From contig UYFQ01000354.1 in assembly GCA_900617105.1 (NCBI GenBank), forward strand, positions 1-57,062: 57,062 nt of DNA. The letters are read 5' to 3'. Source of the stretch: Hydrurus foetidus. Its lineage: Eukaryota. The translations under genes and the position numbers were made by a program. How positions within the stretch are numbered: position 1 is the stretch's first letter; each line of letters opens with the position of its first letter. A model generated the notes under the pieces. That model saw only the letters and a program-made list of their open reading frames with translations. It had not been told where the DNA came from and ran no database searches. Of the stretch, positions 11,779 through 23,864 are shown piece after piece.

Positions 11779-12009
11779 AGTATTCAGTTTTCAACTTGGT
11801 CGAGAGAAACTTACCTTGGTGGGGAGGAGCCAAAAGCGAGGCGCCGTTGCAGACAAAATTCGTATGTCTTCAGAGGCGGAATGATGGGTCGAATCTTCGT
11901 GGCTCATCGCTGACGACGCGCTGTCGACAGTGAATTTGCTGCATGCTGCCAAAGCGGAGATCGTCTCTGGCATTCATGATGTAGAGTATGTTCGGGTAGT
12001 TGGGAGTTG

Positions 12010-12085
12010 AGTGAGAGGTTGGTGAGAAAAGCTTGAGTGGGACTTTGGGTTGGTACTGCCCCCTCTCCTTTTATACCCCCTTGGT
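12010..12085 (-). repeat. Right copy of the 76-bp inverted repeat
   Basis: Exact reverse complement of 10409-10484. Confidence 0.95.
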
Positions 12086-12225
12086 TGTACTAGGCAAAAT
12101 CGGCCGAAAGTACCGAAAAACACCGTATAAAACGAATTTTGCTGTTCTCTCTGTAACCGGTCCCTTGCTTCTCGCTGTAGCCGGTCCCAAGATCCCCATT
12201 TCCGCCCCAACATGATGCTGTATCA

Positions 12226-12659
12226 CTCATGCAATAGATCATACAAAATGGTGCCAAATACAGCTATTAGTTGTAGTAATACGATTATTATTATATGTTT
12301 TACACTTATTTCCATTAACTCTTACCTACACTCAAATACTCACTGTATTATAGCTTTATAAAGTTAATAACGTTTGTGATACATCGATTTCATCGACCCC
12401 ACTTCATATCCATGATCATAATACATATACATAGCGGGTCAATATCATGTTTCATAGTAGTTTAAGATTTGGCTATGTTTTAATGGTGCTTTAGTCGGAT
12501 ACTACTGTACTTTACTGCAGTTCTTTTGAATCAGTAATATTATTTTGCGCTCATCGAATCATCCCATGCTACATCCCTCATGCGATAGACCATACAAAAT
12601 GGTGCCAAATACAGCTATTAGTTGTAGTAATACGATTATCATTATATGTTTTACACTTA
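12226..12659 (+). repeat. Pair of 83-bp direct repeats (12226-12308 and 12577-12659)
   Basis: CTCATGC...CATACAAAATGGTGCCAAATACAGCTATTAGTTGTAGTAATACGATTAT...TTACACTTA, three mismatches. Confidence 0.9.
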
Positions 12660-12825
12660 ATGAATAAGTTCTTCTACCTGCATACGATACAGCGGAGTAT
12701 ATTCAGATATTATTTCTACAAGGATGGAGTTTGCACCCTAGATTAAAATCGTCTTCGATTTGTTTTTAGACTAAAAATTTCATATTTCTGAGATCTACTC
12801 AAAAATGTGTTTTATTTGTAATTGG

Positions 12826-12890
12826 ACCCCTATTTCTGTAAACGGTCCCATATTTCTGTAAACAGTCCCATATTTTTGTATACAGTCCCA
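12826..12890 (+). repeat. 21-bp tandem repeat, three copies
   Basis: ATATTTCTGTAAAC(G/A)GTCCC-like units. Confidence 0.8.
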
Positions 12891-13218
12891 GTTAGTTCTT
12901 TTTTTTGAGGTTTTCATTGTACAGAAAATTTTCAATTCTTCGATCGGTTCTACTGCTGTAAATAACACGAAGTTACTATATTTTAGTACCACTACAAATC
13001 TTATCTCGACGAGATCTATTCAATGATGTTATCTCTTTGTATACGGTCCCAAATCTGGGACCGGTTACAGCGAAATGTCGTCAACTCGAATTCTGAGTTT
13101 TTGAGTTCTGGGAATTTTCAAATGCCGTAAGGAACGGTCTAAACGCCGTAGTATCCACCGTATTATCCGACGGATACTCCGCGCGGGGATAATTCATTTT
13201 TGGTAGACTTCCACTGTA

Positions 13219-13670
13219 CCGTCGAGTGCCCTTTCTTTTATTTCCGTGTTCGGAAAATATCAACTTTTACTGCTTTTTTGGATGTTTTTTGGCTAAATTA
13301 TGCACTTTTACGAATCCAATCGTGTCGCTCGAAAGCTCTGATTAATGCGCTGGCTTATCTGCGCATTCTGCTCAATTTACATTTTGCTATCGATAAGTTG
13401 GAAAATAGTTATAAGCGGCTGATTTTTCAACCTTCGCCACTTTGGACAGCTGCACTTCATCGATTTTCTTCCGAAGACAATATTTAGAGATCTCAATCTG
13501 CTCAAAAAATCCTGCTGAATCCGAAAATCATATTTTGCGGTCTTGAATCGCAATATTGATGAAGATAGATGGAAATCCGGACATTTTCCAAAAAAGGTAA
13601 ATCCGTGATTCTCACTGAAAAATGGGTTCCTTATGTCCACCTAAAAAATAAAACATAGGGCACTCGACGG
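13219..13670. mobile_element. Non-autonomous Tc1/mariner-type element (MITE), 452 bp
   Basis: TA|CCGTCGAGTGCCCT ... AGGGCACTCGACGG|TA, with the inverted match extending into TTTTATTT/AAATAAAA; no coding capacity. Confidence 0.8.
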
Positions 13671-13893
13671 TATCGGAATGTAACAATGTAATCACCGTTT
13701 AGAAAGAAATTTGGGACATTAGCCAGATGACAGGTACGGTAGCTTGTAGTTTCCCTGCTATCTGCTATCCCTAACTACTGAGATCGATCTGTCCAGACCC
13801 GATCTACTAGCCTTTCAGAAGAAGGTCGAAATCAGTGAAGGAGAGTAGCTGAAGACTTCCTCTTTTCAGAATTAGGGAAGCGACTCAATCAAA

Positions 13894-16890
13894 ATGATAT
13901 TAAGCCCAAAATGGATCGCTCTGTTTGCGCTGATATTGCAAAACAGCGGGCTGGCAATATTAATGAGATACACTATGATATCTGTTCAACGTAATAATGA
14001 ACGCTATTTATCCAGCACGGCCGTTCTAACAGCTGAAGTAATGAAACTGACCATCTCAGTGATTCTGTGCTTTGTAGTAGACTGCAATATGTGCTACAAA
14101 ACTTTTATAACAACCTTGTACAACGAATTCATTGGCAACCGCACCGATTGGATCAAGTTGACTGTTCCATCGATACTTTACACTGTTCAAAACTCGTTGC
14201 AGTACTTCTCGGTGTCTCGTTTATCAGCTCCAGTGTTTCAAGTTTTATATCAGTTGAAAATAGTGACAACAGCAATATTTTCTGTGACTCTTCTATCGCG
14301 GCGCATCTCTGGTTTGCAGTGGTTGTCTGTTGTCATGCTGACAGGTACAACCTATCAAATACCAACAATATAATGTAAATCAAGGCGAATTTTCGCTCTG
14401 CTTTGTCCTGTCATACTCTGTCTTGTCATATCAGATAACGTCCTGTCCTCTTTCTTGTGCCTCTCTCTTCCAGTGCCTATTTTATTTTCCCTCACTCAAT
14501 CTGCTCTATCTACTACTCAGATTACTCCCTATCCTCAATGGATGTTTTCACCTGATAATATTAACTTGTTATTAATGACATATTGCTGTGGGGAATATAA
14601 TGAAATAAAATAAAATTCGAATCAACCGCATCCATTGAAATACAACATACCAGCTGACACTTCATCTACTTAAATGTTAAGAATACAAACGTTTGAGAAA
14701 TTCTCAAGAGTAACAAGCCGTCTTGAAATAATTGTTTATTTCTTTTTTCTCCTCTTTTGACCTTTCGATTTTTTTTATCAACGCACACTACTAATTTATT
14801 GGTCTCATACTCCCCATTTTCATTTCCTACACGTAATAACTTGGCAGTCATCACACAACTACAAAAAGAGGCTAAAGTCAATTATATTTTGTGCTTTTGT
14901 TAAAAAAAACCATTATAATACATTATTCCATGACAGAACGTAACATAACGCTAATACATTACACTGCACAAGTATGACATTAATTCATCACTCTTTTGCA
15001 TTCTTATCATGTTAGGCGGAGTAGCGATGGTGCAATTATCGCAGAGCGGGAGTAAGGGCAGTGACAATGAAGACAGTTTCGCTGGTCTTGTCTCAGTGCT
15101 TTTCGGTGCGGTATCTTTCGATATTATCCACTCACAGATACTGTACCTATCGTCATTTTCAGAATTATTTAACTTCTAGAATATGCTACACTGATGGGTA
15201 CGCAGATCTAATCTTGTTGACCCGCGTGTGTTTTCTTTGTCCCCCTCATTTTGTACCTCTAACTCTCATCCCCACTCTTTACTTTCTACTCCGATCTTCT
15301 CCCCTTTTCTTGCCCCTATTCCTCCCCAAATCTGCAACACTTTTCTCCCCCATTTCCCGCCTTATTCTCATCCCTTGTCTCACCCCGTTTGCGCCCATAT
15401 TTCCACTTTTTTTTTTCTCCCCTATTACCGACTTTTTTTACTGCAGGTTGTATGACTTCTGGATTTGCCGGTGTTTACTTTGAAATGGTATTAAAGTCTT
15501 CGAAAGCGTCCATTTGGGTGCGCAATGTCCAACTTTCAATGATAGGAATCACCATGAGTCTGGTACGGCATTCTCACCATCAGTCATCATTGTTGCCTTT
15601 TTTATTCTGTATCTTGAAGCTTAAATCAATTTTACATGTATTCCTTCTTTTTTTATTTTCTACTACAACAAAACTTCACATTGATTTTTTCTCGACATCC
15701 TCATTTATTGTCTCCTATTGTCTCTCAGCTAATAGAAATCTTTTTTCAAATTGTTTCTATGTCTTCATCGGACATCTTTGATTTTCTATTTTATTCCATT
15801 TTTTTATAATTTAGAATGCCATATCTTTATTTTAATTCATCTGATTCTATTTCATCTTTTTTTGTCGATTTTGAATCATTTTCTACTGCTCTGCATTGTC
15901 GACCCTCTATTTCCTTATCTCCTCACTAGCCCGCGTGTTCTTCACTTTACCTCATCCTGTACACCTTATCGTACCTTACCATATCACCTTACCTCACTAT
16001 ACCTTATCTAGCCTTGCTTCTCTACTTTTCATTCCTCTTCTTCCTCTTCCTCTTCTTCTTTATCAGGCTGCGTGCTATGCTAGAGATTTTGACGAATTGC
16101 TCCGAAGAGGATCTTTCTTCGTGGGGTACGACATGTACGTGTGGGGGGTCATCACTCTGCAGGCTGCGGGGGGACTGGTGAGTTAATACGCACGTGTGTA
16201 TGGATACGTCTGTGAGTTTGTGTGTGTGAGTCAGTACGTACGTGTATTGGTGTGTACATATGTGTACGTGGGTGGGAACGTATGTAGTGTACGGGAGAGT
16301 GTGTATGCATGTGTGTGAGTGAGAGAGCGTGAATGTGTGTATTTTTGTGTGTTCATACGCGTACGTATGTGGATCAGTGTGTAGACATACGAACGTGTGC
16401 ATGCATATATATAGGGATGCATGTGTATGGAAGGTGTAGGGATAGCAGAGCAGGTGGAATAACATGTTACTTCAAATTCGACTAGATTCTATGAGTGCTT
16501 ATCTCTTTAATCAGGATTAGGGTAAAGTTGCATTTGATTCGGTTCACGCAGATCATAATTTGAATTCTTCCTCTTTGCATCCCACAAAATTGTCAAGTAA
16601 TTGTCACCAAAACACTTTCCTACTTTGCTCTCTATTATCAACAATTTTTTCCGTTTAATTTTATCCGTTTGTAGATAGTAGCTGTAGTCGTGAAGTACGC
16701 GGACAACGTTATGAAAGGGTTCGCCACATCGATATCCATCTTGATATCTTGTCTGTTCTCCTCTTATCTATTTCACGACGTTGACATGAACGCTGCATTT
16801 GCCACGGGTGCTATTGTCGTCCTTATGTCCGTGTTCACATTTGGATATCAACCGCCAGTGACTAATCAGTCCAAGACCCTCTCAACTTAA
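13894..16890 (+). CDS. Nucleotide-sugar transporter (SLC35A-like; UDP-Gal/UDP-GlcNAc/CMP-Sia family)
   Basis: About five exons. Motifs YLSSTAVLTAEVMKL, VPSILYTVQNSLQY, QVLYQLKIVTTAIFS, SGFAGVYFEMVLK, IWVRNVQL, QAAGGL, VKYADNVMKGFATSISI. Confidence 0.93.
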
Positions 16891-19277
16891 TCAATTACAG
16901 CACGTACGCATCTGATGAAGTTCGTACGTTACAGTACACTACGTTACGTGATTATAAAATTTTAGCATTGATGCAACTCCCTCTTACGAATGACATGGTT
17001 TTTCAAATAAATTTCGCAAAAGGAAAACAGCATTATAACGTGAAGACAGAAAATAATTTGGAAAACGTATTTTCTTTCATAGAATATTTAACTTGAGAGT
17101 TGATGCATCTTTCAGGTGCAATTAGTAAATTATACATATGCAAAAATAAAATGTACATATATTGGAAAATTTTGAAGAAAAAATCTCAAGTGAAAATAAC
17201 AAGAGATGACTTCAAATAAAATCATCTTGAAGTAAATGACAAACAGGAAAATTAACGGTGACGAACAATGAATTTTATGATGGAATAAGAACTATAAATT
17301 CTATGATGGAATACGCCCGTACTGAATGAAACTCCCTCTTTTTGCTGTACTTAATGAGGTAGCATCATGCACATGATATGTAGTATTACATCGCTGAAAT
17401 GATTCTTGTTTTTTTGAAGAATTTCGTCAAGACCTCATAACCGGATTTTATACAACAATGAATGCAGTACTGAATCGCAATACACTACACAGAATTTTAG
17501 TCACAGTCACAGTCACGGTACAACAACAATAGATACGAAATACTGATTATACTGTACGGAGAAGAAGAATCGTCAATTAAATCAATAATCTTATTTCATC
17601 AATCTACTTACATGCTGGTCATTTCTATGTGATTATTTTCTATTTTCTAGTTTTGATGATTATGGTCGATTCTTCGTTAAAAAACTTAATCTGGGGCGAT
17701 AACGAATACAATTCTTTTCTTTTTGGCTGTTATATACAGTGTAAATTAGCTTTATTGACTTTAAAATTTAGTATTCAAGTCCATTATTTGAAGAAATAAT
17801 AGTACTGTGATAGACTGTTAATGATGAAAAAAAAATAAAGTGCGTTCGTCTAAGTCCCACCAGAAAATGACTCAGAATGTCCGGCCGACACGAAACGCTT
17901 TTCCGATTTTTTCTAATGGAGGATCTAGATGCTTCACATCCATATGTGACAAATTAAATCACAGCAAAGGAATGTGATAGCCCCACACGCAGATTATCAC
18001 GTGAAGTACATCTGTACGTGATAGCAAGTTCTTCGCAGTATAATTTAGATTATCACTGAAGAAGAATTGGCCTGACGCAACAGTAACTGTGTTGTGTAAT
18101 AAAGGGAAGTCACACCGCGGTGAATTGTGGAACTAGCTGAATCATTTGATGATAATGACAATGATGATAATGATAGCAATGTTCTTTTTACAATAAAGCT
18201 TCTCTCTATGACTCTTCAGTAGCCTTTGAAGAAAGTATCGCTACCATGATCAGTCTTCTTCTAGCACTGGTTAGAGATAAGAGGAGAAGATAGGAGATTA
18301 AAGGTGAGGAAAGGAGAAGAGAAGATATTAGGGGTAGTAGGGGGAAAAGGAGAGCAAGAGAGAGGAGAGGAGAGGAGAGGAGAGGAGAGACAACTGTTTG
18401 CTGCATATGAGAGCTCCTTCTGATGTCTGCTATAGGATTGATAAGGCAAGGCGCATGGAATTTTGTATCTTTTGCGAAGAGCTGCTACGCGCTGACTGTT
18501 GTTAATAGCATTATTAATGAGTGATGAGAGAATTAATCAGAACAATAACCTGTGTTGGAATCAAATCAACGCGGGACCAATAAAAAAGAATCTACCCAAT
18601 ATCTTATTGAATTTACAGCAAAAATTTGAAAGTAGTGGTATTGTTGTACTATATTAAGGCACTTCAGTCGAAGTTACAATGGCGTTCGATAGGTAGGAAG
18701 GAATGCAGTATATTCGTGAATTCGATTATATGGCGCGTGTGATCTTTTTGTTCACGCAAATAATTCGAAGTGATGATAATCTGATAACAGCGCTAATGAC
18801 AATGAAATTCAAACTAAACAGATCTTCTTGACCGTAGACATCATGCGGAAAAAGTCAAGTTATCTATGTGCATCAATGTGTTCGATCTAAACCGATAAAG
18901 GATAACTTTTCAAATACCGAAAAAACACAACTGATTGTTAAGATTGCTGGTTCAATGGACTTTCTGAATTCAAAATTGAGGGAGTGTTAATAAAGCTTTC
19001 TTCTTCCATACACGGCAAGTTACAAATGCACAAATACCCACAACACAGAGAGTACTGTAGAAGACCAGTAACTGTACAGTATGTACGTGTCTACTCAGAT
19101 GTTCCCTATCCGGTTTTAGAAAGTGTTGTTTACTCCTCGTGAAATTCTGTCGATATGAATTGCTTGTCTCATATCAACGCTCGAGGGATATTATTGAGCC
19201 TGTCCAACCAATCTCGTTTTGAGATTCTTCACTACGCCCGCCATTTAGAAAAAGAGGATTATCTTTGGCTCACGAAA

Positions 19278-20135
19278 ATGATGAAAATCTTTCTGGCAGT
19301 TTTTTTTACATCAGTGGCAGCTTCGACTACAGAGGAACTTCATAATGCCCCCGGCAGGGCAATTTTCTGGTCACCACATGAGGGCAAAGCATCGCAACCA
19401 GAATATCGCGCTCAATCTTTGGTAACGTCGGCGTTGAATGACATATTTGAAAATACCGCGAAAGGAAATGAAATCGTCGCAATAATAAAATCTGCTGATG
19501 GTCGATTGGTTCTGACTCACAACAGCGTCAAAGATTCTATTCGTCTATCATCTAAATCAGTAGTAATGCCCTACATATACCATACGCAAAATGTGGAGCA
19601 GCAGGCATCTTTGCTGGCTGGAGCTGAGAGCCTTCAAAATGTGAAGAAAATCGACCTACCTTCATTCGTCCAAATATTACAAGACCACAACCTAAATCCT
19701 GCTGCTAGTGGGCCTATGACCAACGGTGTGCTAGATGCCTACGAAATAAGTTTGACAGGGCATGAGACGGATCACGAGCTGATGAGTACGGTCTCAAACT
19801 TAGCCTCTAAATCTTCGACACCCCAGATTCTTTTTGTTGCTGTAGAGGAACCCATGATTGATGCTGTTTCTCTTTCAAAGAACGGATTCTACAGTCGTGT
19901 GCTGAGTGCAAATAGTACTACAAATAGTTTTGGAATTTTCTACAAGCCTGAAGGATCGGAATATTCTATCTACTACGCGAACACTTACCTGTACATCACT
20001 CCGGACATATTTACTGGTCTGATGACCGGAATATTCGTGTTTTTCGTTCTTTTGACGGGATATTCTTGCCTAGGGGCTATACAGGGAAACTCTGTGTATC
20101 CTTCGAAAATGCCAGTCCTTGGCAGGGAAGCTTAA
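19278..20135 (+). CDS. V-type ATPase accessory subunit S1/Ac45/Voa1-like type I membrane protein
   Basis: Single exon with signal peptide MMKIFLAVFFTSVAAS and C-terminal YITPDIFTGLMTGIFVFFVLLTGYSCLGAIQ, resembling the Ac45-VOA1 TM motif. Confidence 0.65.
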   Translation: MMKIFLAVFFTSVAASTTEELHNAPGRAIFWSPHEGKASQPEYRAQSLVTSALNDIFENTAKGNEIVAIIKSADGRLVLTHNSVKDSIRLSSKSVVMPYIYHTQNVEQQASLLAGAESLQNVKKIDLPSFVQILQDHNLNPAASGPMTNGVLDAYEISLTGHETDHELMSTVSNLASKSSTPQILFVAVEEPMIDAVSLSKNGFYSRVLSANSTTNSFGIFYKPEGSEYSIYYANTYLYITPDIFTGLMTGIFVFFVLLTGYSCLGAIQGNSVYPSKMPVLGREA

Positions 20136-20922
20136 ATTAGTGAAATTGTACCATAAAAGAAGGATGCCCGTCAGCCCACTTCACGGTAGAACACAATCAA
20201 TCAACGACATGCGGACTAGAGAGGGACACAGCCTTCAAGTCTGCTTTGTTCTTTCGAAGAATATTCCGCCACTTCTATTCCGTCCTTATGATTGTTCCGA
20301 ATCCTAAGAGGAATGTTGATTGCGTAGGCGACTGTTTGGGAGTAAGTGTATCCTCTGGAAAATAGATTTTGAGAACACCGTTTGATTTGAAAATGAGAAC
20401 ATTGTAATAATTAACTTTATGCTTTTGAAAAAAAATCGTTGTGGAAATAATTCCGAAGAAGTATCATTCTGAAGTGATCAAAGAACTTGATGCAAGATCA
20501 ATTATGTATTCTTGTGGAGGCTGTTCCGCCACGATATCTTAGCAATATCATCAGTATAGATGATTCCTCTATACAACATACGCACAGCAGACAAATAGGT
20601 AAAAAAATTAAGCTACAGCACAGTATCGGAGACAATTGTACGTACAGAAGGATGTGCAATCCATGTACGTGCATCAACATCAGGGCTGCTTCCTGCTTCC
20701 CCATGGACCGGTGGATCCACTCGCCACATACGTTGTCTGAAGTCATCATGTCTCGTCACGATCGAATCTGATGCACTCATCTCCATCTTGATCGAGATCT
20801 TCTTCATCCAGATCAACTTCTTGAAGTGTGTCTCTGTGAAGAACGGACAACCCAACTCTAGATTTTCCGCCTCTGTAGATTCCGCGAAAACATCATCAAC
20901 AAATAGGTTGTGAAGTTGCAAA

Positions 20923-22882
20923 ATGAGACAAGGTGTACAGTTGCTAATAATCTGCATTGCGATTTTTTCTGCGATTGGAAATGCTTTCAACGGGCATGGA
21001 GCTAAGTCAGCTCGCGTTTCTCGTTTTATTATGATGTCTACTGCTTCTGCACCACCTGCGAACCCTTTCGAGGGCATGATGAAGTCTTTTCAAGACATGA
21101 TGGCACCCAAACCTAAAACCGTGGTGCCTGCGAAAGTTGCCGTTGATAAGACTCAATATGATGCAGAAATTGCCGAAGTAAAGAATCTGCTCGTTAATGC
21201 CGCTATAACTAAGAAGGAAGACGGCGATAAGGTTGTCGATGCTCTTCTCAGTCTGGAGCAGCTCATGCGTGCAAAGAACAAGTTGGATGAAGGTGACAAA
21301 GCGTTTTTAAACAAATTCAAAAATTGTAAAGTGCATGAGCGTCTGCCGAGCAAAGCGAAGTTCTGACTTTATCAGAATATCAATATTCCTAGGCGAAACT
21401 TCTCGGGACACTCTAGAGAATCTTGACGGCGCTTGGCGTCTGATTTTCACAACAGGCACAATCGACACACAGAAGAAACTCGGAAGAAAAATCAACTATT
21501 TCCCCATCAAGGCAGCTCAGTGCTTCGACACGTCCACGATGAAGTTAACGAATGGAATATTCCTGGGAAACATAGAACTGATCAAGTTCTTCGGAGAGTT
21601 TGAGTGGTAATTTCATGCTATTGAATTTCATTGATGAGACGCATGCTTATTATCTCACATTGGAATTACTATTATTTTCCTTATATCATTACTTGAGACT
21701 TGAATTTATTGTTCTAACGTTTTGCTCAAGAGAAATGCAGTGATTTTCACTATGTGTCATTTTGTATACATTTATCGATAACGAAAATTACGCAAAACAT
21801 CTATGTAAGCCTACGAAGAAAACGCTTCACAATGAATATTCCTCATTATCATCGAATTTCGACCATTTTCCAGGAAAGAAATGGCTCGTAAGGTTGAATT
21901 TGATTTTGACGCCATCGCGGTGTTGGGTCTTAAGTTCGATCTACCCAAAGGGGGCGCTGCGAAGATCGGATCAAGCACTGGACTCGGCTCGGACAACAAC
22001 GAAAAACTAGTAGAAAAAGGTTATTTTGCTAATTTTAACATTTCTGTTTGATCCTTTTTATTTTGTTCTGATATTGTCAATATTTATTCTTGCATTTATT
22101 AGCATGATTCAATTTCTGCAACGGCAGTTCCAACCTTATCAAACACTCCTCTTTTTTCGGTAGGGAAGAAGCCATTCTTCAACTGGATATCGGCTGACTC
22201 TAACATTGCAACGGCTAGAGGCGGAGGAGGGGGACTTGCACTGTGGCAGAGAGATCTCGAGATGCAGGGGAAGAACAAGGCGTTAGCTGCTGTGCTAGGT
22301 GAGTTACTGTGTGTGGGTGTGCGTGGGCGTTACTGGGTGTGTTTATCTGACTTTTTGTAGTGTGGAGCAGAGTCGTGTGAGGGTGAAAGAGGGGAGGGGG
22401 ACAAGGGATGCGATGGGGTGGATTGGGTGAGGTACTTGAACGTATGATGGAAGGACATCGTCAGTGAGCTAGCAGATAAATAAATCATCGTGGCATGGAT
22501 GACGGTAAATGGGGGGAGAGGGAGGTAGTTGAGACTGAGTGAGAGGGATGGAGGGAGGAAGGAATAGATGTACCTGCTCATATATCTTTTCTTGTATTTG
22601 CAGTCACGGACAATTCTTGATCATTCTCTTGCATTCCTAGTGATTCAATCACATTTGCTCATCTGTTCCTCAGTGCATACTGGAAGCTTTTTACAGTGTG
22701 TCACTTACTCGTATTTCTGTTTCTAGTACCGCATTCAATCATTGAAATTCCAGATGTATTCCATCTAATTATGACACTAAAGTTCGTTCTTTCCGACACT
22801 TCTCTTTCATCAGAAATCATTTTATTCATTTATTTGTTCGTAATTTCATGACTTTTTTTATGTAGCTGGCAGTCAAGAATAA
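20923..22882 (+). CDS. Plastid-targeted PAP/fibrillin-like protein
   Basis: Signal peptide ending GNA|F plus an S/R-rich transit-like stretch. Spliced exons give LDGAWRLIFTTG, NYFPIKAAQCFD, PFFNWISAD...IATARGGGGGLALW. The last micro-exon (22866-22882) is tentative. Confidence 0.7.
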
Positions 22883-23864
22883 ACACATTTTCAAATCTTA
22901 AGTTGAAGTTAAAGTTTCCAAGAGTGCCGTCCAGCTAGCATGCACTGACAACCGACCAACATCTCCCCTACAATTTGAATATCAAGATACGCTCAATTTT
23001 TATCGCGTTTTGCTGATAATATGTATTTTGTTCTTTAAATTATTTATTTCGTTACATATCGTTCTTTTTTTCAGTGTTTTATTTCTATTTCAATTTTTAT
23101 TTTTGCTTTTTGAGTAATTTCAAATTGAGTTTTTGCTCTACCTCTGCTTACGTTAGTGTACTTGATAGTACCGCAAGAAGTGCGTGTTGCTTTGAAGGCA
23201 TTCATGAATGATATGAGTCCGAGACAAATGGTAAATAGATACATATCAGGGTACCACCAAGAAAGCGCGTCACGGTCACTATTATTTCATCATGCTGTAC
23301 GCTCTACCATCGGTTCGTTCAGTAACATCGTATCGTGCACATTAGAATCATCCGATCGGGTGTTGTCGACCTGTACTGAGGTTGAAGAGAAAGAAAGAGC
23401 ATGTAGTGTACTGTACTGTCCTGCACTGTACTGTACTGTACTCTACTGTACTCTACTCTACTGTACTCTACTGTACTGTACTGCACTGTCCTGCATTGTA
23501 CTGTATTTTACTGTATTGTACTGTATTTTACTGAACTGTACTGTAGGTATGGGTTTCCTCTCCGACTATCAGAAAGTTGCTCCAACGATATACGATGGTC
23601 AGAACTTGTAATGGCCTCAATGACCTTCCCTAGTTCTCTTACCCTCGACTGTACAAAGAAATTAACTCTATAGCAAAACCTAGACTATGTATGCAAAATT
23701 GTTAAAAATAGTAACACTCGTATTGCAGTGAAAGAAAAAAATAATAATAATTTTTAATTTTTACTTCAAAATCGTGCAAGGCAAAAAGCAAAAAATAAAA
23801 ATTTCCACAGCAAAAACAAAGAAATGTCAGCAAATTTGCACTATTAAAAAACCGGAAAATGTCA

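Noticed and set aside
10238..13640. Short ORFs in the repeat cassette, including the duplicated MSGTLGWYCPLSFYTPLV starts
   Set aside because: They are by-products of the 76-bp inverted repeat and MITEs; none exceeds ~110 aa or has recognisable motifs.
17900..19050. Possible minus-strand gene remnant between the transporter and the Ac45-like gene
   Set aside because: Only short coding-looking patches with stops in all frames; no consistent splice model or recognisable protein.
19155..19277. N-terminal 41 aa of the 326-aa ORF
   Set aside because: A signal peptide begins at the downstream AAAATG (19278), the more plausible start.
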